From Planctomycetota bacterium (lineage in GTDB: Bacteria > Planctomycetota > B15-G4), in the NCBI GenBank assembly GCA_965248575.1, contig CBDFJQ010000002.1, positions 2,976,001-3,040,000 on the forward strand: 64,000 bases of DNA, given 5' to 3'. How positions within the stretch are numbered: the stretch's first letter is position 1; every line of letters begins with the position of its first letter. Below are positions 1-9,328 of this stretch, piece by piece. Under the pieces are notes generated by a model. That model ran no database searches, was not told the origin of the DNA, and worked only from the letters and a program-made list of their open reading frames with translations. A program made the position numbers and the translations under genes.

Positions 1-892
1 GCCGGGGCTGGATCGATGCCAAGAAGGAGCGCACCTCCCGGATCTGCTTCGGGGTCACCCCGCAACAGCCACCGATGAGGCTCGCACCTGTCTGCACGAA
101 GCGCCGGCTGTACTCCGCCATGTACTCCGGTGACGACAGGTAGACCGAGCGCCCTTCGATCAGGGCGGGGCCGCCAACATTGGGCATGGCGGCCACAGGC
201 AGTTCGCCGGAGCGCTTGAGGATCTCTACCACCTCGAGGGTCGTGTGCGGGCCGTCACCACAGTTCGCACCCACCACATCAGCGCCCGCCGCCGTGGCCA
301 TCATGGCTACGTCTTCCGGCTGCACCATGAAGTCGTGGCTGTTCATCACGAAGCCGCGATGGAACGAGAAGTTGGCGACGACCGGCAATGAACTGGTTTC
401 CTTGCAGGCGCGGATGGCCAGCTGCATGTCGTGCATGCTCGTAAAGGTGTCGAGCACCAGGACGTCTGCACCAGCATCGGCGAGGGCTTCCGCCACCTCC
501 CGGTAGGCGGCGTCCTGCTCGCTCACACTCATCCCCGTCTCGGCGGCAGTCGGTCCCAGGGGGCCGATGCTGCCCCCGATCCAGATTTTCGGGCCGGCAA
601 CATCCCGGGCCAGGCGGATCCCGCCGGCCAGGATGTCCTTCAACTGCCCCTCGAGCCCATGGGCCGCCAACTTCGGACGGCTGGCCCCATAGGTGTTTGA
701 CTCAATCAGGACGCTGCCGGCCTGGATGAAATCGCCGTGGATCGCCTGAACGAGCTTGGGGCTGGAGACATTCAGCTCGTCGTAGCAGCGGTTGATGAAG
801 ATCCCGCGGCCATAGATCTCCGAGCCCATCCCACCGTCGCTCAGAAGGACCCGCTCAGAAAGTGCTTCCAGAAAAGGCTGACGTTCGGTCAT
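1..892 (-). CDS. Homocysteine S-methyltransferase domain protein, probably bifunctional HMT/methylenetetrahydrofolate reductase (YitJ-like); runs off the left edge
   Basis: Manual minus-strand translation from ATG 892: MTERQPFLEALSERVLLSDGGMGSEIY...SIGPLG...GANCGDGP...PNVGGP...LIGGCCGVTP. Contains the HMT Zn-binding GxNC and GGCC motifs. Not in the ORF track because its stop lies outside the window. Confidence 0.85.
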   Translation of the reverse strand, partial: MTERQPFLEALSERVLLSDGGMGSEIYGRGIFINRCYDELNVSSPKLVQAIHGDFIQAGSVLIESNTYGASRPKLAAHGLEGQLKDILAGGIRLARDVAGPKIWIGGSIGPLGPTAAETGMSVSEQDAAYREVAEALADAGADVLVLDTFTSMHDMQLAIRACKETSSLPVVANFSFHRGFVMNSHDFMVQPEDVAMMATAAGADVVGANCGDGPHTTLEVVEILKRSGELPVAAMPNVGGPALIEGRSVYLSSPEYMAEYSRRFVQTGASLIGGCCGVTPKQIREVRSFLASIQPR

Positions 893-928
893 CGGCAAAG
901 ATCGGAGAGGCGTACGGAGGACGAAGGG

Positions 929-957
929 AGAGTATCCCCGGCCCGATGGAGGGACAA
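929..957 (-). promoter_or_regulatory. Candidate sigma-70 promoter for the HMT gene
   Basis: Minus strand reads TTGTCC-N17-TACTCT, about 37 nt upstream of the ATG at 892. Confidence 0.4.
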
Positions 958-1186
958 GCTGACAGGAGGCTCCCAGCCGAGAGATAGCGCGCGGAGGAGA
1001 CCGGAGGCCAACGCAGCCGAACCAAGCGGCAGATCGGCCTTTGCCCCGCCGTGACACGGTGGTCAGTTGAGGGCGGGACAGGGGCGAGCCGTGCTAATCT
1101 CCGCCCGCGCCTGAAGATCCACCCCGCGCGACCCACCGACACCCTGCCCCCGGGCGAGTGTCCTGCGACCCGCAAGGAGTCACCGG

Positions 1187-1504
1187 ATGACCGAGAACGA
1201 ACACCCCCTTCGCCAACCCGTCATGGACGCGCTCTCCACGGTCTACGACCCGGAAGTGCCCGTCGACATCGTGAACTTCGGCCTGATCTACGGCCTCGAG
1301 ATCACGGATGACAATGACGTGAAGGTCACCATGAGCCTGACCTCACCCACCTGCCCCGCCGCCCAGTCCATTCCCGAGGAATGCGAGCGCAAGATCAAGG
1401 GCATCGACGATGTGAACGAGATCGAAGTGAACATCGTCTGGGAGCCACCGTGGGGACCCGAGATGATCTCGCCCGAGGGACGCGAGAAGCTGGGCATGGA
1501 CTAG
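1187..1504 (+). CDS. sufT: DUF59/SufT (PaaD-like) Fe-S cluster assembly protein
   Basis: VYDPEVPVDIVNFGLIY, MSLTSPTCPAAQ and VWEPPWGPEMIS motifs; AAGGAG RBS upstream. Confidence 0.85.
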   Translation: MTENEHPLRQPVMDALSTVYDPEVPVDIVNFGLIYGLEITDDNDVKVTMSLTSPTCPAAQSIPEECERKIKGIDDVNEIEVNIVWEPPWGPEMISPEGREKLGMD

Positions 1505-1640
1505 CGTCCGGGGCTTCTGACTCCGGTTAGGTCGTGCCGGGTGAGGAGACGAAGCCGCGCACTTCACGCACGATCGTGCGGCAGTCTACGCCTGACCAAT
1601 CGCTGGGGGTCAGTCCTCCCCCCAGGAGGCCAACAGTACA

Positions 1641-1662
1641 CCCTCCCGTGAACACGGGAGGG
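1641..1662. terminator. Perfect 10-bp stem hairpin between convergent genes; possible bidirectional terminator
   Basis: CCCTCCCGTG-AA-CACGGGAGGG; no U-tract on either side. Confidence 0.4.
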
Positions 1663-1758
1663 CGTGGCTGTGGTTCGGACGCAAGCTCTGGAGCGAGTTT
1701 TCGAGGCGAAGCCTCGTTGTCTGAGAGCCAGAATTGCGTTCGAACCACAGGCACGCCC
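1660..1758. repeat. Palindromic REP-like element, copy 1
   Basis: Long nested inverted repeat GGGCGTG.CTGTGGTTCG...CGAACCACAG.CACGCCC. Its core CGAGTT..CGAGGCGAAGCCTCG..TGTCTGAG is shared with 26540-26644. Confidence 0.6.
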
Positions 1759-1810
1759 GGCACGCTACCCACAATGGGGTGAGCTGCCGAGCCGACGCCC
1801 CCTGATGCCG

Positions 1811-4570
1811 CTAGGACTGGACGTCGACAGGGTTGCCGTCGATGTCCAGCTCCACGGGCTCGCCGTAGCCGAGTTCCGTGAGGCTCTCGCGCACGCTGGT
1901 TTTGTCGCCCACGATCAGCAGCGTCATGGCGTCCAGGCGGATGTGTTTCTGCGCCAGGGCATCCAGCTCGTCCTTTCCGATGGACTTGAGCAGCGCCTGC
2001 CGTTGGTCCAGGTAGTCGTCGGCATAGCCGTATTTGCTGACGGCGTTGACCACACCCCGCAGCGCCCTGACCGATTCGTACTGACGGTTCATGGCCTGCT
2101 GCAAGGCGTCCTTGGCGAAGGACGTCTCCTCCTCGGTGAGGCCCTCACGAATTCCGGTCAGCTCGTTGATGACCTCCGTCAGCGACTCCTTGGTCACATC
2201 GGTACGCACGCCGCTCGAGGCCGTGAAGAGGCCCGAGTGCAGGCCACCGCTCATGGAGGAACGGGCGCCGTACGTGTAACCCTTGTCCTCGCGCAGGTTC
2301 ATGTTGATGCGGCTGCTGAAGGAACCGCCCAGCGCGTAGTTCATGATGCTGAAGGGGTAGTAGTCAGGGTCCAGGGCAGACATCCCCGGGTGTCCGATCC
2401 GGATCTGAGACTGGGGCGCCCCGGCCTTGTCCACCAGGAAGACACGCGGTTCGCTGGACGAGGGCTGCGGGCTGACGTTGAGCGCCATGGCCGGTCGCGG
2501 TGACCAGGCCTCGACGAGTGGCCCGAACAGCTCACGGATCCGTTGCTGATCCACATCGCCCACCACCACCAGGCGCGCCTGGTCCGGAACGACCGCACCC
2601 TCGTAGAAGGTGCGCACGTCATCCAGGGTCAATCGACCCACCGTCTCGAGCGTGCCAGAGCTCGGCATGCCGGCGATGGTGCCTTCGCCGTACATGAGTC
2701 GACGCCAGACGGTGCCCGTGATCCCGTTGATGCTGTCTCCGCGGGTCTCGAGCGTGGTCGTTGCCTGGGTCTTCAAACGCTCAAAATCCTCGACGGCGAA
2801 GCGCGGCCGCAAGAGCACATCACCCAGCAGGCTCACCGCCGCATCCAGATGCTTGCTGAGGGTGCGCAGGGAAATGGTGATCTCATCGTCGGTCGAATTC
2901 ACCCCGAGCGAAGCGCCCATGCCGTCCAGCGCATTGGTCAGCCCCACGGCATCGAGATCCTCGGTGCCTTCACCCATGAGACTCGCGGTGAGCCTCGAGA
3001 TGCCCAGGGTCTCCATCTCCTCACGAAGATGACCGCCGGGAACGCTCAACTCGATCTGCACCACGGGGATCTCGTTGTACTTGGTGCCCGTGACGGGGAT
3101 GCCGTTGGGCAAGGTGTCGTGCCAGACCGACGGCGCCCGGAACGTCACGGCGGCGCCGGGGCCGGGCTTCTTGCTGCGGTCGAAATTCTGCTCGGCTGCG
3201 ATCTGCGTCGAGCTGCGGCCAGACGCCACCATGTCCATGCGCCCTTCCGGCACCACGGACATGAGGATCGCAGGCTTGTTCAACACATAGCGCTTCAGGG
3301 CCGCGTCCAGGTCCGCCGTGCTCAGGGCCATGACCTCCCGCAGGTTGCGGGTCGCCTCGCCCGGGTCCTTGAAGAAGGTGTTGGCCTCGCACAGGGCGCT
3401 GGTACGCGAGGACACGGTCTCGAAGCGGTTGACGGTCCTGGATTCGTAGCGGGCCTTCAGGCGATCCAGGTGTTCCTGTTCCACGCCGTCACGACCCAGC
3501 TGTGCCAGCAGGTCGCGCACCCGGCTCTCGACTTCGTCCAGCGACACACCGGACACCGGACGCAGGGAAACATGAAACTCGCCCGCCTGCTCGTCGCCGC
3601 GGTGATAGGCCGTGACGTAGTCCACCACCGTCTCGTCAATGGTCAACGCCTTGTCCAGGAGCGCGGCCTTGTTGGCCGACAACACCTGCGCCAGCATCAT
3701 CATGGCCGCAGCATCCTTGTGGGATTTCTCCACGCCTGGCCAGGTCATCGTGATCTGTGGCAGTTGCACCTTGTCCACCATGGACAGGCGCACATCCTGA
3801 TCGAGGGAGACGCGCCGCACGGCAGGGTCCTCGACCGTCGGCCCGCGCGGAATGCTGCCGAAGTACTTCTCCACCAGTTGCAACGCCCGGCCGGGGTCCA
3901 CATCACCGCCGATGGCCAACGTGGCGTTGTTGGGGCCATACCAGCGCTGGAAGAAATTGACGACGTCTTCCAGGCTCGCCGCCGACAGGTCCTCATGGCT
4001 GCCGATGGTCGTCCAGTTGTAAGGGTGATCGCTGGGATAGAGCCCCGCCATGATGGCGCCCCCCGCCTGGGCGTACGGGCGGTTCTCGTAGTTCTGCCGA
4101 CGCTCGTTCTTCACCACCTCGCGTTGGTTGTCGAGCTTCTCCTGCGTGATGGCCGGGAGCAGGAACCCCATGCGGTCCGCCTCCAACCACAGGGCCAGCT
4201 CGAGCTGGTTGGCGGGCATGGTCTCGAAGTAGTTGGTGCGCTCACGATTGGTGGTGCCGTTCAGCGTTCCGCCGCCCTCGCTCACCAGCTTGAAGTGCTG
4301 GTCGTCGCCCACGTTCTCGGAACCCTGGAACATGAGGTGCTCGAAGAGGTGCGCGAAGCCCGACCGCCCGCGCTCTTCCCGCCCGCTGCCCACGTGATAG
4401 ACGACGTAGACAGCAACGACCGGGTCGCTGTGATCCTCGTGAATGACCACCTCGAGTCCATTGTCGAGGACGTGCTTCTCAAACGGGACCTGGAACTCCT
4501 GGGCCATCGTGACTCCGGAAGGCGTAAGCGCTGCCAAGCAAGCAGCGACCGCGAGAGAGGAAATGAACAT
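1811..4570 (-). CDS. M16 family (pitrilysin/insulinase-like) zinc peptidase, secreted
   Basis: Signal peptide; inverted zincin motif GFAHLFEHLMF (HxxEH); NGTTNRERTNY; second inactive half with LREDKGYTYG. Confidence 0.92.
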   Translation of the reverse strand: MFISSLAVAACLAALTPSGVTMAQEFQVPFEKHVLDNGLEVVIHEDHSDPVVAVYVVYHVGSGREERGRSGFAHLFEHLMFQGSENVGDDQHFKLVSEGGGTLNGTTNRERTNYFETMPANQLELALWLEADRMGFLLPAITQEKLDNQREVVKNERRQNYENRPYAQAGGAIMAGLYPSDHPYNWTTIGSHEDLSAASLEDVVNFFQRWYGPNNATLAIGGDVDPGRALQLVEKYFGSIPRGPTVEDPAVRRVSLDQDVRLSMVDKVQLPQITMTWPGVEKSHKDAAAMMMLAQVLSANKAALLDKALTIDETVVDYVTAYHRGDEQAGEFHVSLRPVSGVSLDEVESRVRDLLAQLGRDGVEQEHLDRLKARYESRTVNRFETVSSRTSALCEANTFFKDPGEATRNLREVMALSTADLDAALKRYVLNKPAILMSVVPEGRMDMVASGRSSTQIAAEQNFDRSKKPGPGAAVTFRAPSVWHDTLPNGIPVTGTKYNEIPVVQIELSVPGGHLREEMETLGISRLTASLMGEGTEDLDAVGLTNALDGMGASLGVNSTDDEITISLRTLSKHLDAAVSLLGDVLLRPRFAVEDFERLKTQATTTLETRGDSINGITGTVWRRLMYGEGTIAGMPSSGTLETVGRLTLDDVRTFYEGAVVPDQARLVVVGDVDQQRIRELFGPLVEAWSPRPAMALNVSPQPSSSEPRVFLVDKAGAPQSQIRIGHPGMSALDPDYYPFSIMNYALGGSFSSRINMNLREDKGYTYGARSSMSGGLHSGLFTASSGVRTDVTKESLTEVINELTGIREGLTEEETSFAKDALQQAMNRQYESVRALRGVVNAVSKYGYADDYLDQRQALLKSIGKDELDALAQKHIRLDAMTLLIVGDKTSVRESLTELGYGEPVELDIDGNPVDVQS

Positions 4571-4746
4571 GGCGCACTCCTGCGAGCGATCTGTGAATGG
4601 GCACGGCCGTGCGACATCTCTCGCGCCCTAATCGCAAGACATGCCTTCGACGCCACGGGCCGGTGGGCCGAACAGGGTATCACGCACCCGATTCTCGCAG
4701 CCGCGCCCCACCCGTCCGACAAAGCCCCCGTTGGTAGGATGACGCC

Positions 4747-5754
4747 ATGCCCGACGAAGCATCCAACCCAGGACCCAGCACGTGGACTCTCGCGAGCTTG
4801 GAAGAGCGTCTCCAGGAGTTGCGGGCTGCCGTGGCCGAGCGAGCCCGGCTCACGAAACGCCTGGAATCCACACGACGACACCAAGCCTTCCTGCACGCCC
4901 GCATCGGGAAACTCCAGGCTCGGGTGGATCGCGAGCAAGCGGATGTCGAGACCTACGAGGAGGCCACTCTTTCGGCATTGATGGAACAGTGGTTCGGAGA
5001 TCTCGAGGCACGGCAGGACAAGGAACGGCGTGAGTGGGTCAGCGCATGCCTGCACCTGGAACAGGCGCGGGCAGAGCTGGCCTCCACCAAGGCTGACTGC
5101 TTGGCGCTCGAACGCCGCATCGGGACCCACGCCGACCCCAACGAGGACTACGCGCGTTTCCTCAGCCACAAGGATCGCTGGCTCACCGAGCATGGCGCGG
5201 ATGCCCTGACCCGCACTCTGCACGTCGCAGAACGAAACGCCGTTCTGGCTGACGCCTTGCGAGAGCTCGATGAAGCACTCTGGGCTGGGCAGGTCGCCAA
5301 GGCAGCGCTGACCGGTGTCTTGCACGCCCTCTCGAAGGCCCAGGCCCTGGGCCGTCTCGACATGGTCGGCATGGCCTCGAGCTTCGGGAAGTTCAGTCAC
5401 ATCGACGACGCCCACCGCCACGCCTCCTCCGCCAACCGTGCCCTCTCCCGATTCCAGATGGAGTTGGCGGATGTTCAGACTCGCCACGAAGCCCAGCTGA
5501 GCATGGAGGTCAAGGGGCTCGCCACCTTCGCGGACTTCTTCCTCGACGACCTGGTCAGCGACTGGGTCGTGCAGTGCCGCATCGATCGCTCCCACAGCAG
5601 CGCCAGCATTGCCCGCACCCGGGTGAACCGCTCCTTGCGTGTCCTGGTGGAACGTCGCCACCATGTCTCTCGCGAACTGAAGCACGCTTCGACGGCAGCA
5701 AGCCAAGTGCCTTCGCGCCCTCACCCCCCAACATCGTCTTCCGACGGTCCATGA
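4747..5754 (+). CDS. Hypothetical coiled-coil protein
   Basis: 335-aa ORF rich in E/R/L/A heptads, with a conserved-looking C-terminal FADFFLDDLVSDWVVQ segment. No function recognised. Confidence 0.6.
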   Translation: MPDEASNPGPSTWTLASLEERLQELRAAVAERARLTKRLESTRRHQAFLHARIGKLQARVDREQADVETYEEATLSALMEQWFGDLEARQDKERREWVSACLHLEQARAELASTKADCLALERRIGTHADPNEDYARFLSHKDRWLTEHGADALTRTLHVAERNAVLADALRELDEALWAGQVAKAALTGVLHALSKAQALGRLDMVGMASSFGKFSHIDDAHRHASSANRALSRFQMELADVQTRHEAQLSMEVKGLATFADFFLDDLVSDWVVQCRIDRSHSSASIARTRVNRSLRVLVERRHHVSRELKHASTAASQVPSRPHPPTSSSDGP

Positions 5755-5915
5755 GTTCGGCTTCGCGGGGTGTCATGCCGAAAGAGGTCGCGTCGAAGTC
5801 GAACGCCCCGTCGAGCACACCGCACACCGGTTGGTAGTCGCCTTGCGGGAGCACCCGAAAAGCGGCCTGTCATGCCAATGATGGCAATCGGTTCCCGCTC
5901 CACGGCCGTCGACAT
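5745..5915 (-). pseudogene. Remnant of a type I PKS ketosynthase N-terminus (internally deleted, frameshifted, truncated)
   Basis: One frame reads MSTAVEREPIAIIGMTGRFSGA; a shifted frame then reads DYQPVCGVLDGAFDFDATSFGMTPREAELMD. These match the KS consensus EPIAIIGMAGRFPGA...FDAAFFGISPREAELMDPQQR. Confidence 0.75.
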
Positions 5916-6194
5916 CCAGGCTCCCGTTGATCTCTTCACGCTCGCGGGTCGCAGCGGGGTGATCAAAGACATGCGCCGTGATTGATTCGCCCTTGCACCC
6001 GCTCTGCCGTCCAACCGTGTCGAGCAGGCGCCCCCTCACACTCCCCATCAACTCGGGATGGAATTGCGGCCGCGCAACGTCGTCTGGGAAGATGGCCCGC
6101 TTCAGCGTCTGCTCCACACCGACGTTCCTCCAAGCGTCGGCTGGCTTTCCCCAGTGCAAGTTCTTCGTTCAGCGTCCCCCAGGCACAGTCGTTC

Positions 6195-8042
6195 ATGAAC
6201 GAACTTCACCGTCTCCTGCTCCGGCTCTTGGAGGGGATCGACCTCTCCCAGCTGGATGACGTGGGGTCGCGCTGGGTGCGCCGCTTGCTGTGCACTTCGC
6301 CCACCATGGTTCAGCGGCTCTCGACGCACCCCACATGGCAGGGGCGCTGGGCTAGCCTGAGGGAAGCAACCCGCGTGCTCGGTACGGAACGAGCCTGGGC
6401 CCTCGCGTTGCACATGGGCGCCGACCCCGATGCCGTGGTGCGCCGAGCTGCGGCCGAGACCCTGGCGAGGCTCTGGAAGCTCGACGCCGGCCACCAGGCC
6501 GAGCTCGAACGCTGCCTGGTCTCCACGGCAACGCCCGACGTCTTGCGCGAGACGCTTCTCGATGCCTGCAGCGAGGTCTTCTTTCATCACCCCGAGGCCC
6601 TGGACCAAGCCGTCGCGCTGCTGAGCCTGGCAGGCCGGCAACCTCCGGCGGGAGCCTTGCTCGAGATTGGTTCCCGGCGGCTCGGCTTCGACCTCGAACG
6701 CACCCACCCGGAACGGGCGCAGGCCCTCAGCGCCGAGTGGAAGGCGTCCAACAGCGCCTCGCTGTGCTTTCATGCCAGGTGGACCAAGGGTTGGCACCCC
6801 TTGTCCGTGGAGCAGCTGCGCACCCTGGTCGGCGAGGCACCCGTCCCCCCGGCCGGATGGCGCAGCACGTCCGACGTTCCCCCCGCGCCCGCCTTGGACG
6901 AGGCTCTCGTTTGCCGCGAGCATGTACTCCTGGCCGCGTTGCTCTCCGCCGTGCAGGGGCGCGCCGTGATCCTGAGAGGCGGCACGACCGAGAGTCGCCG
7001 ACGCCTGGCACACGCCGCAGCCAACGCCTTGCCCGCTGGGACGGACGATGTGACAGCGCGGCCCAACCCGCGAGACCCCAGCCACCCCATCGTGGAGCGG
7101 GCCCCGGGGGGCACGGCCAACATCAGCTGCGAGTACACCCACGACCGTCGCCACCGCCAGCGACGCCGCCGTCAGATCGCCTGGTGGACCGCCTGCGCTG
7201 CGAGCACCCTGGCCATCGTCCTGAGCAGTGCGCTGAGCGCCAATGCGGGCCCGATCTCAGCGTCGATCCTCTGGCCCCTCGCTGCGAGCGTGGTGCTGCT
7301 GACCCTGTGCACCTTCCGCCACTCCCTGACCCATGTCCCTCCAGCCCCCGGGCTGCGGGTCCTGGCCTCAGGCTCCGTCCTCCAGCCGGCTCCCTTCGAG
7401 GACGCCAGCCAGCTCAGCGACGAGCAGCTCTTCGGAGGCGTTCGCAAACGCATTCAACCCGCAGCCCCCCACGAGCGGCTGAGCCTGGGAGCGCTGCATC
7501 GAGCGCACGGTGGCGTCCTCTTCATCGACTCACTCGCCGCCCTCACGTCCAGCACTCAGCAGGAGTTGTTGCACGCGTTGAAGCGCGAGCGGACCGCCAT
7601 CCACGGCCGAAACATCTCCTCCAGCGTCGTGCAGAGCCGATCCCTTCCGTGCAAGGTCCTGCTGGTCCTCGGTGAGGGTGTCGACCAAGGCGCATCCAGT
7701 TCCCTCGATCCGGAATTCTCACGCTGGCTCGAGCGCAAGGCCGACGTCATTGATGTCGAGACGCACGTGCCCGATTCGCCCGCCACCCGACACCGAGTGC
7801 TCGCGTTCATGGGGCAACTCGTGCGCAACCGCCCCGGCAGCCTTCGTCTCAGCCGAGAAGCCGTGGCCGCAGTCTGCGAGCAGCTTGCCAGTCGTTGTCC
7901 CCAGCCCTCGCACCTTGAACTGGATCTGCGCCTGGTGCGGTCTCTCGTGGACCGGGGCTGCGAACGAGCCGAAGCCGAACACGCGAGCCTCGTCACGGTG
8001 CAGCACATCAGCGGACGAAGCGGCGAGGCTGTCACAGCCTGA
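6195..8042 (+). CDS. HEAT-like N-terminal region fused to a degenerate archaeal-type LonB AAA+ module (two TM helices, no protease domain)
   Basis: PNPRDPSHP, APFEDAS, PHERLSLGALHRAHGGVLFIDS, QQELLHAL, SLPCKVLLV, PDSPATRHRVLAF and HLELDLR match LonB blocks. Walker A and B are degenerate. Start taken at ATG 6195 within ORF 5982-8042. Confidence 0.7.
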   Translation: MNELHRLLLRLLEGIDLSQLDDVGSRWVRRLLCTSPTMVQRLSTHPTWQGRWASLREATRVLGTERAWALALHMGADPDAVVRRAAAETLARLWKLDAGHQAELERCLVSTATPDVLRETLLDACSEVFFHHPEALDQAVALLSLAGRQPPAGALLEIGSRRLGFDLERTHPERAQALSAEWKASNSASLCFHARWTKGWHPLSVEQLRTLVGEAPVPPAGWRSTSDVPPAPALDEALVCREHVLLAALLSAVQGRAVILRGGTTESRRRLAHAAANALPAGTDDVTARPNPRDPSHPIVERAPGGTANISCEYTHDRRHRQRRRRQIAWWTACAASTLAIVLSSALSANAGPISASILWPLAASVVLLTLCTFRHSLTHVPPAPGLRVLASGSVLQPAPFEDASQLSDEQLFGGVRKRIQPAAPHERLSLGALHRAHGGVLFIDSLAALTSSTQQELLHALKRERTAIHGRNISSSVVQSRSLPCKVLLVLGEGVDQGASSSLDPEFSRWLERKADVIDVETHVPDSPATRHRVLAFMGQLVRNRPGSLRLSREAVAAVCEQLASRCPQPSHLELDLRLVRSLVDRGCERAEAEHASLVTVQHISGRSGEAVTA

Positions 8043-8106
8043 TCAGTGGCGGGGTTTGGCGCGCCCCTGGCAGCAGCGACAGTCGATGCCGCCCACCAAC
8101 GCAGGA

Positions 8107-9081
8107 TCACCCCAACGCGAGCATCCGCTCCACCGGCTTCAACGCCGCCAACCGGATCTCCTCATCCAACTCGATCTGCGGGTTCATATCCCGCAAAGAG
8201 ACATACAGCTTCTCAAGCGTGTTCAGCCGCATGTAAGGGCACACCGCGCACTCGCAACCTGAATCCGGCGGCGCACCGATCAAGGTGGCGTCGGGACGCA
8301 AGCGCCGCATCTGGTGCATGACGCCCATCTCGGTCGCGACGATGAACGTCTTCTTGGGACTGTTCTCGACGTACTTGATCAGGCCCGTGGTGGAACCGAT
8401 GTAGTCGGCGAGCACGAGCACCGAGTCTTCGCACTCCGGGTGCGCGATGAGCTCGGCATCCGGCGTGGCGGCCTTCAGGGCGATGAGCTTGCGCGCCGCG
8501 AACTGCTCGTGAACCACGCAGAAGCCCGGCCACTTCACCAGCTCGCGGCCGGTGCTCTTCTCGACCCAGCGGGCGAGGTGCCGGTCGGGCGCGAAGACCA
8601 CCTTCTTGTCGGCGGGGATGGACTCCACCACGCGCACGGCGTTGCTCGAGGTGCAGATGATGTCGCTCTGCGCCTTGATGGCGGCGGTCGTGTTGACGTA
8701 GCTGACCACCACATGGTCGGGGTAGTTCTTGAGCCACTCCCTGAAGTCATCCGGCTGGCAACGGTCCGCCAGGCTGCAACCGGCATCGATGTCCGGCAGC
8801 AAGACCGTCTTCTCGGGGTTCAGGATCTTTGCCGTCTCGGCCATGAAGTGCACGCCGCAGAAGGCGATGACGTCCGCATCCGTTTCGGCGGCGCGCTGGG
8901 AGAGGCCCAGGCTGTCGCCCACATAGTCGGCGATGTCCTGGATCTCCTCGTCCTGGTAGTAGTGCGCCAGGATGATGGCGTTGCGCTCCTGCTTGAGCTT
9001 CGCGATCTCGGCCTCGAGGTCGAGCGTAGGGTCCACCTCGGGGCGGTCTTCCACAGCGGTGAAGTTGATCGGGCTGGACAT
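8107..9081 (-). CDS. nadA: Quinolinate synthase
   Basis: [41 protein letters not shown] and [11 protein letters not shown]; start at ATG 9081. Confidence 0.97.
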   Translation of the reverse strand: MSSPINFTAVEDRPEVDPTLDLEAEIAKLKQERNAIILAHYYQDEEIQDIADYVGDSLGLSQRAAETDADVIAFCGVHFMAETAKILNPEKTVLLPDIDAGCSLADRCQPDDFREWLKNYPDHVVVSYVNTTAAIKAQSDIICTSSNAVRVVESIPADKKVVFAPDRHLARWVEKSTGRELVKWPGFCVVHEQFAARKLIALKAATPDAELIAHPECEDSVLVLADYIGSTTGLIKYVENSPKKTFIVATEMGVMHQMRRLRPDATLIGAPPDSGCECAVCPYMRLNTLEKLYVSLRDMNPQIELDEEIRLAALKPVERMLALG

Positions 9082-9328
9082 GGAGTCGCGGGGTCCAAAA
9101 AGAAGGAGCCTTCGGCCGAACCGAAGGCTTCGGATGAAGAGCGTGGGATCAGGGGGCCCATCAGTGGGCAAAGGGTACCGAGACCACCCGCATCGACAGG
9201 CGGCCCCCCGTACTATACCCCCGGGCTTTGTCCTGTCTTGTCGTGGTGTACGCTGCGGCTTCGACCCTGCCGGATCGGGCGGCACGGTCGACCCGCCGCC
9301 GCTCCCAGCCACCCAGCCCTGAACCGCT

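Noticed and set aside
893..1186. SAM riboswitch upstream of the homocysteine methyltransferase
   Set aside because: No SAM-I core (ATC.AGAG...GCAACC...GTGC) on the minus strand, and the candidate promoter leaves too short a leader.
1510..1633. tRNA- or tmRNA-like ends (GGGGCT... and ...GGAGGCCA)
   Set aside because: No T-loop GTTCGA, no cloverleaf, and far too short for tmRNA.
2543..4981. Long alternative ORFs (2543-4981 +, 9161-11653 -, 21725-24436 +, 38702-40480 +, 52277-54811 +, 41860-43491 - and similar)
   Set aside because: They are antisense or off-frame shadows of well-supported genes, expected at high GC, and carry no recognisable motifs.
5960..6159. QFHPE motif in minus ORF 5773-6159 suggesting a glutamine amidotransferase remnant
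   Set aside because: Only a five-residue match with no nucleophile Cys motif; could be chance.
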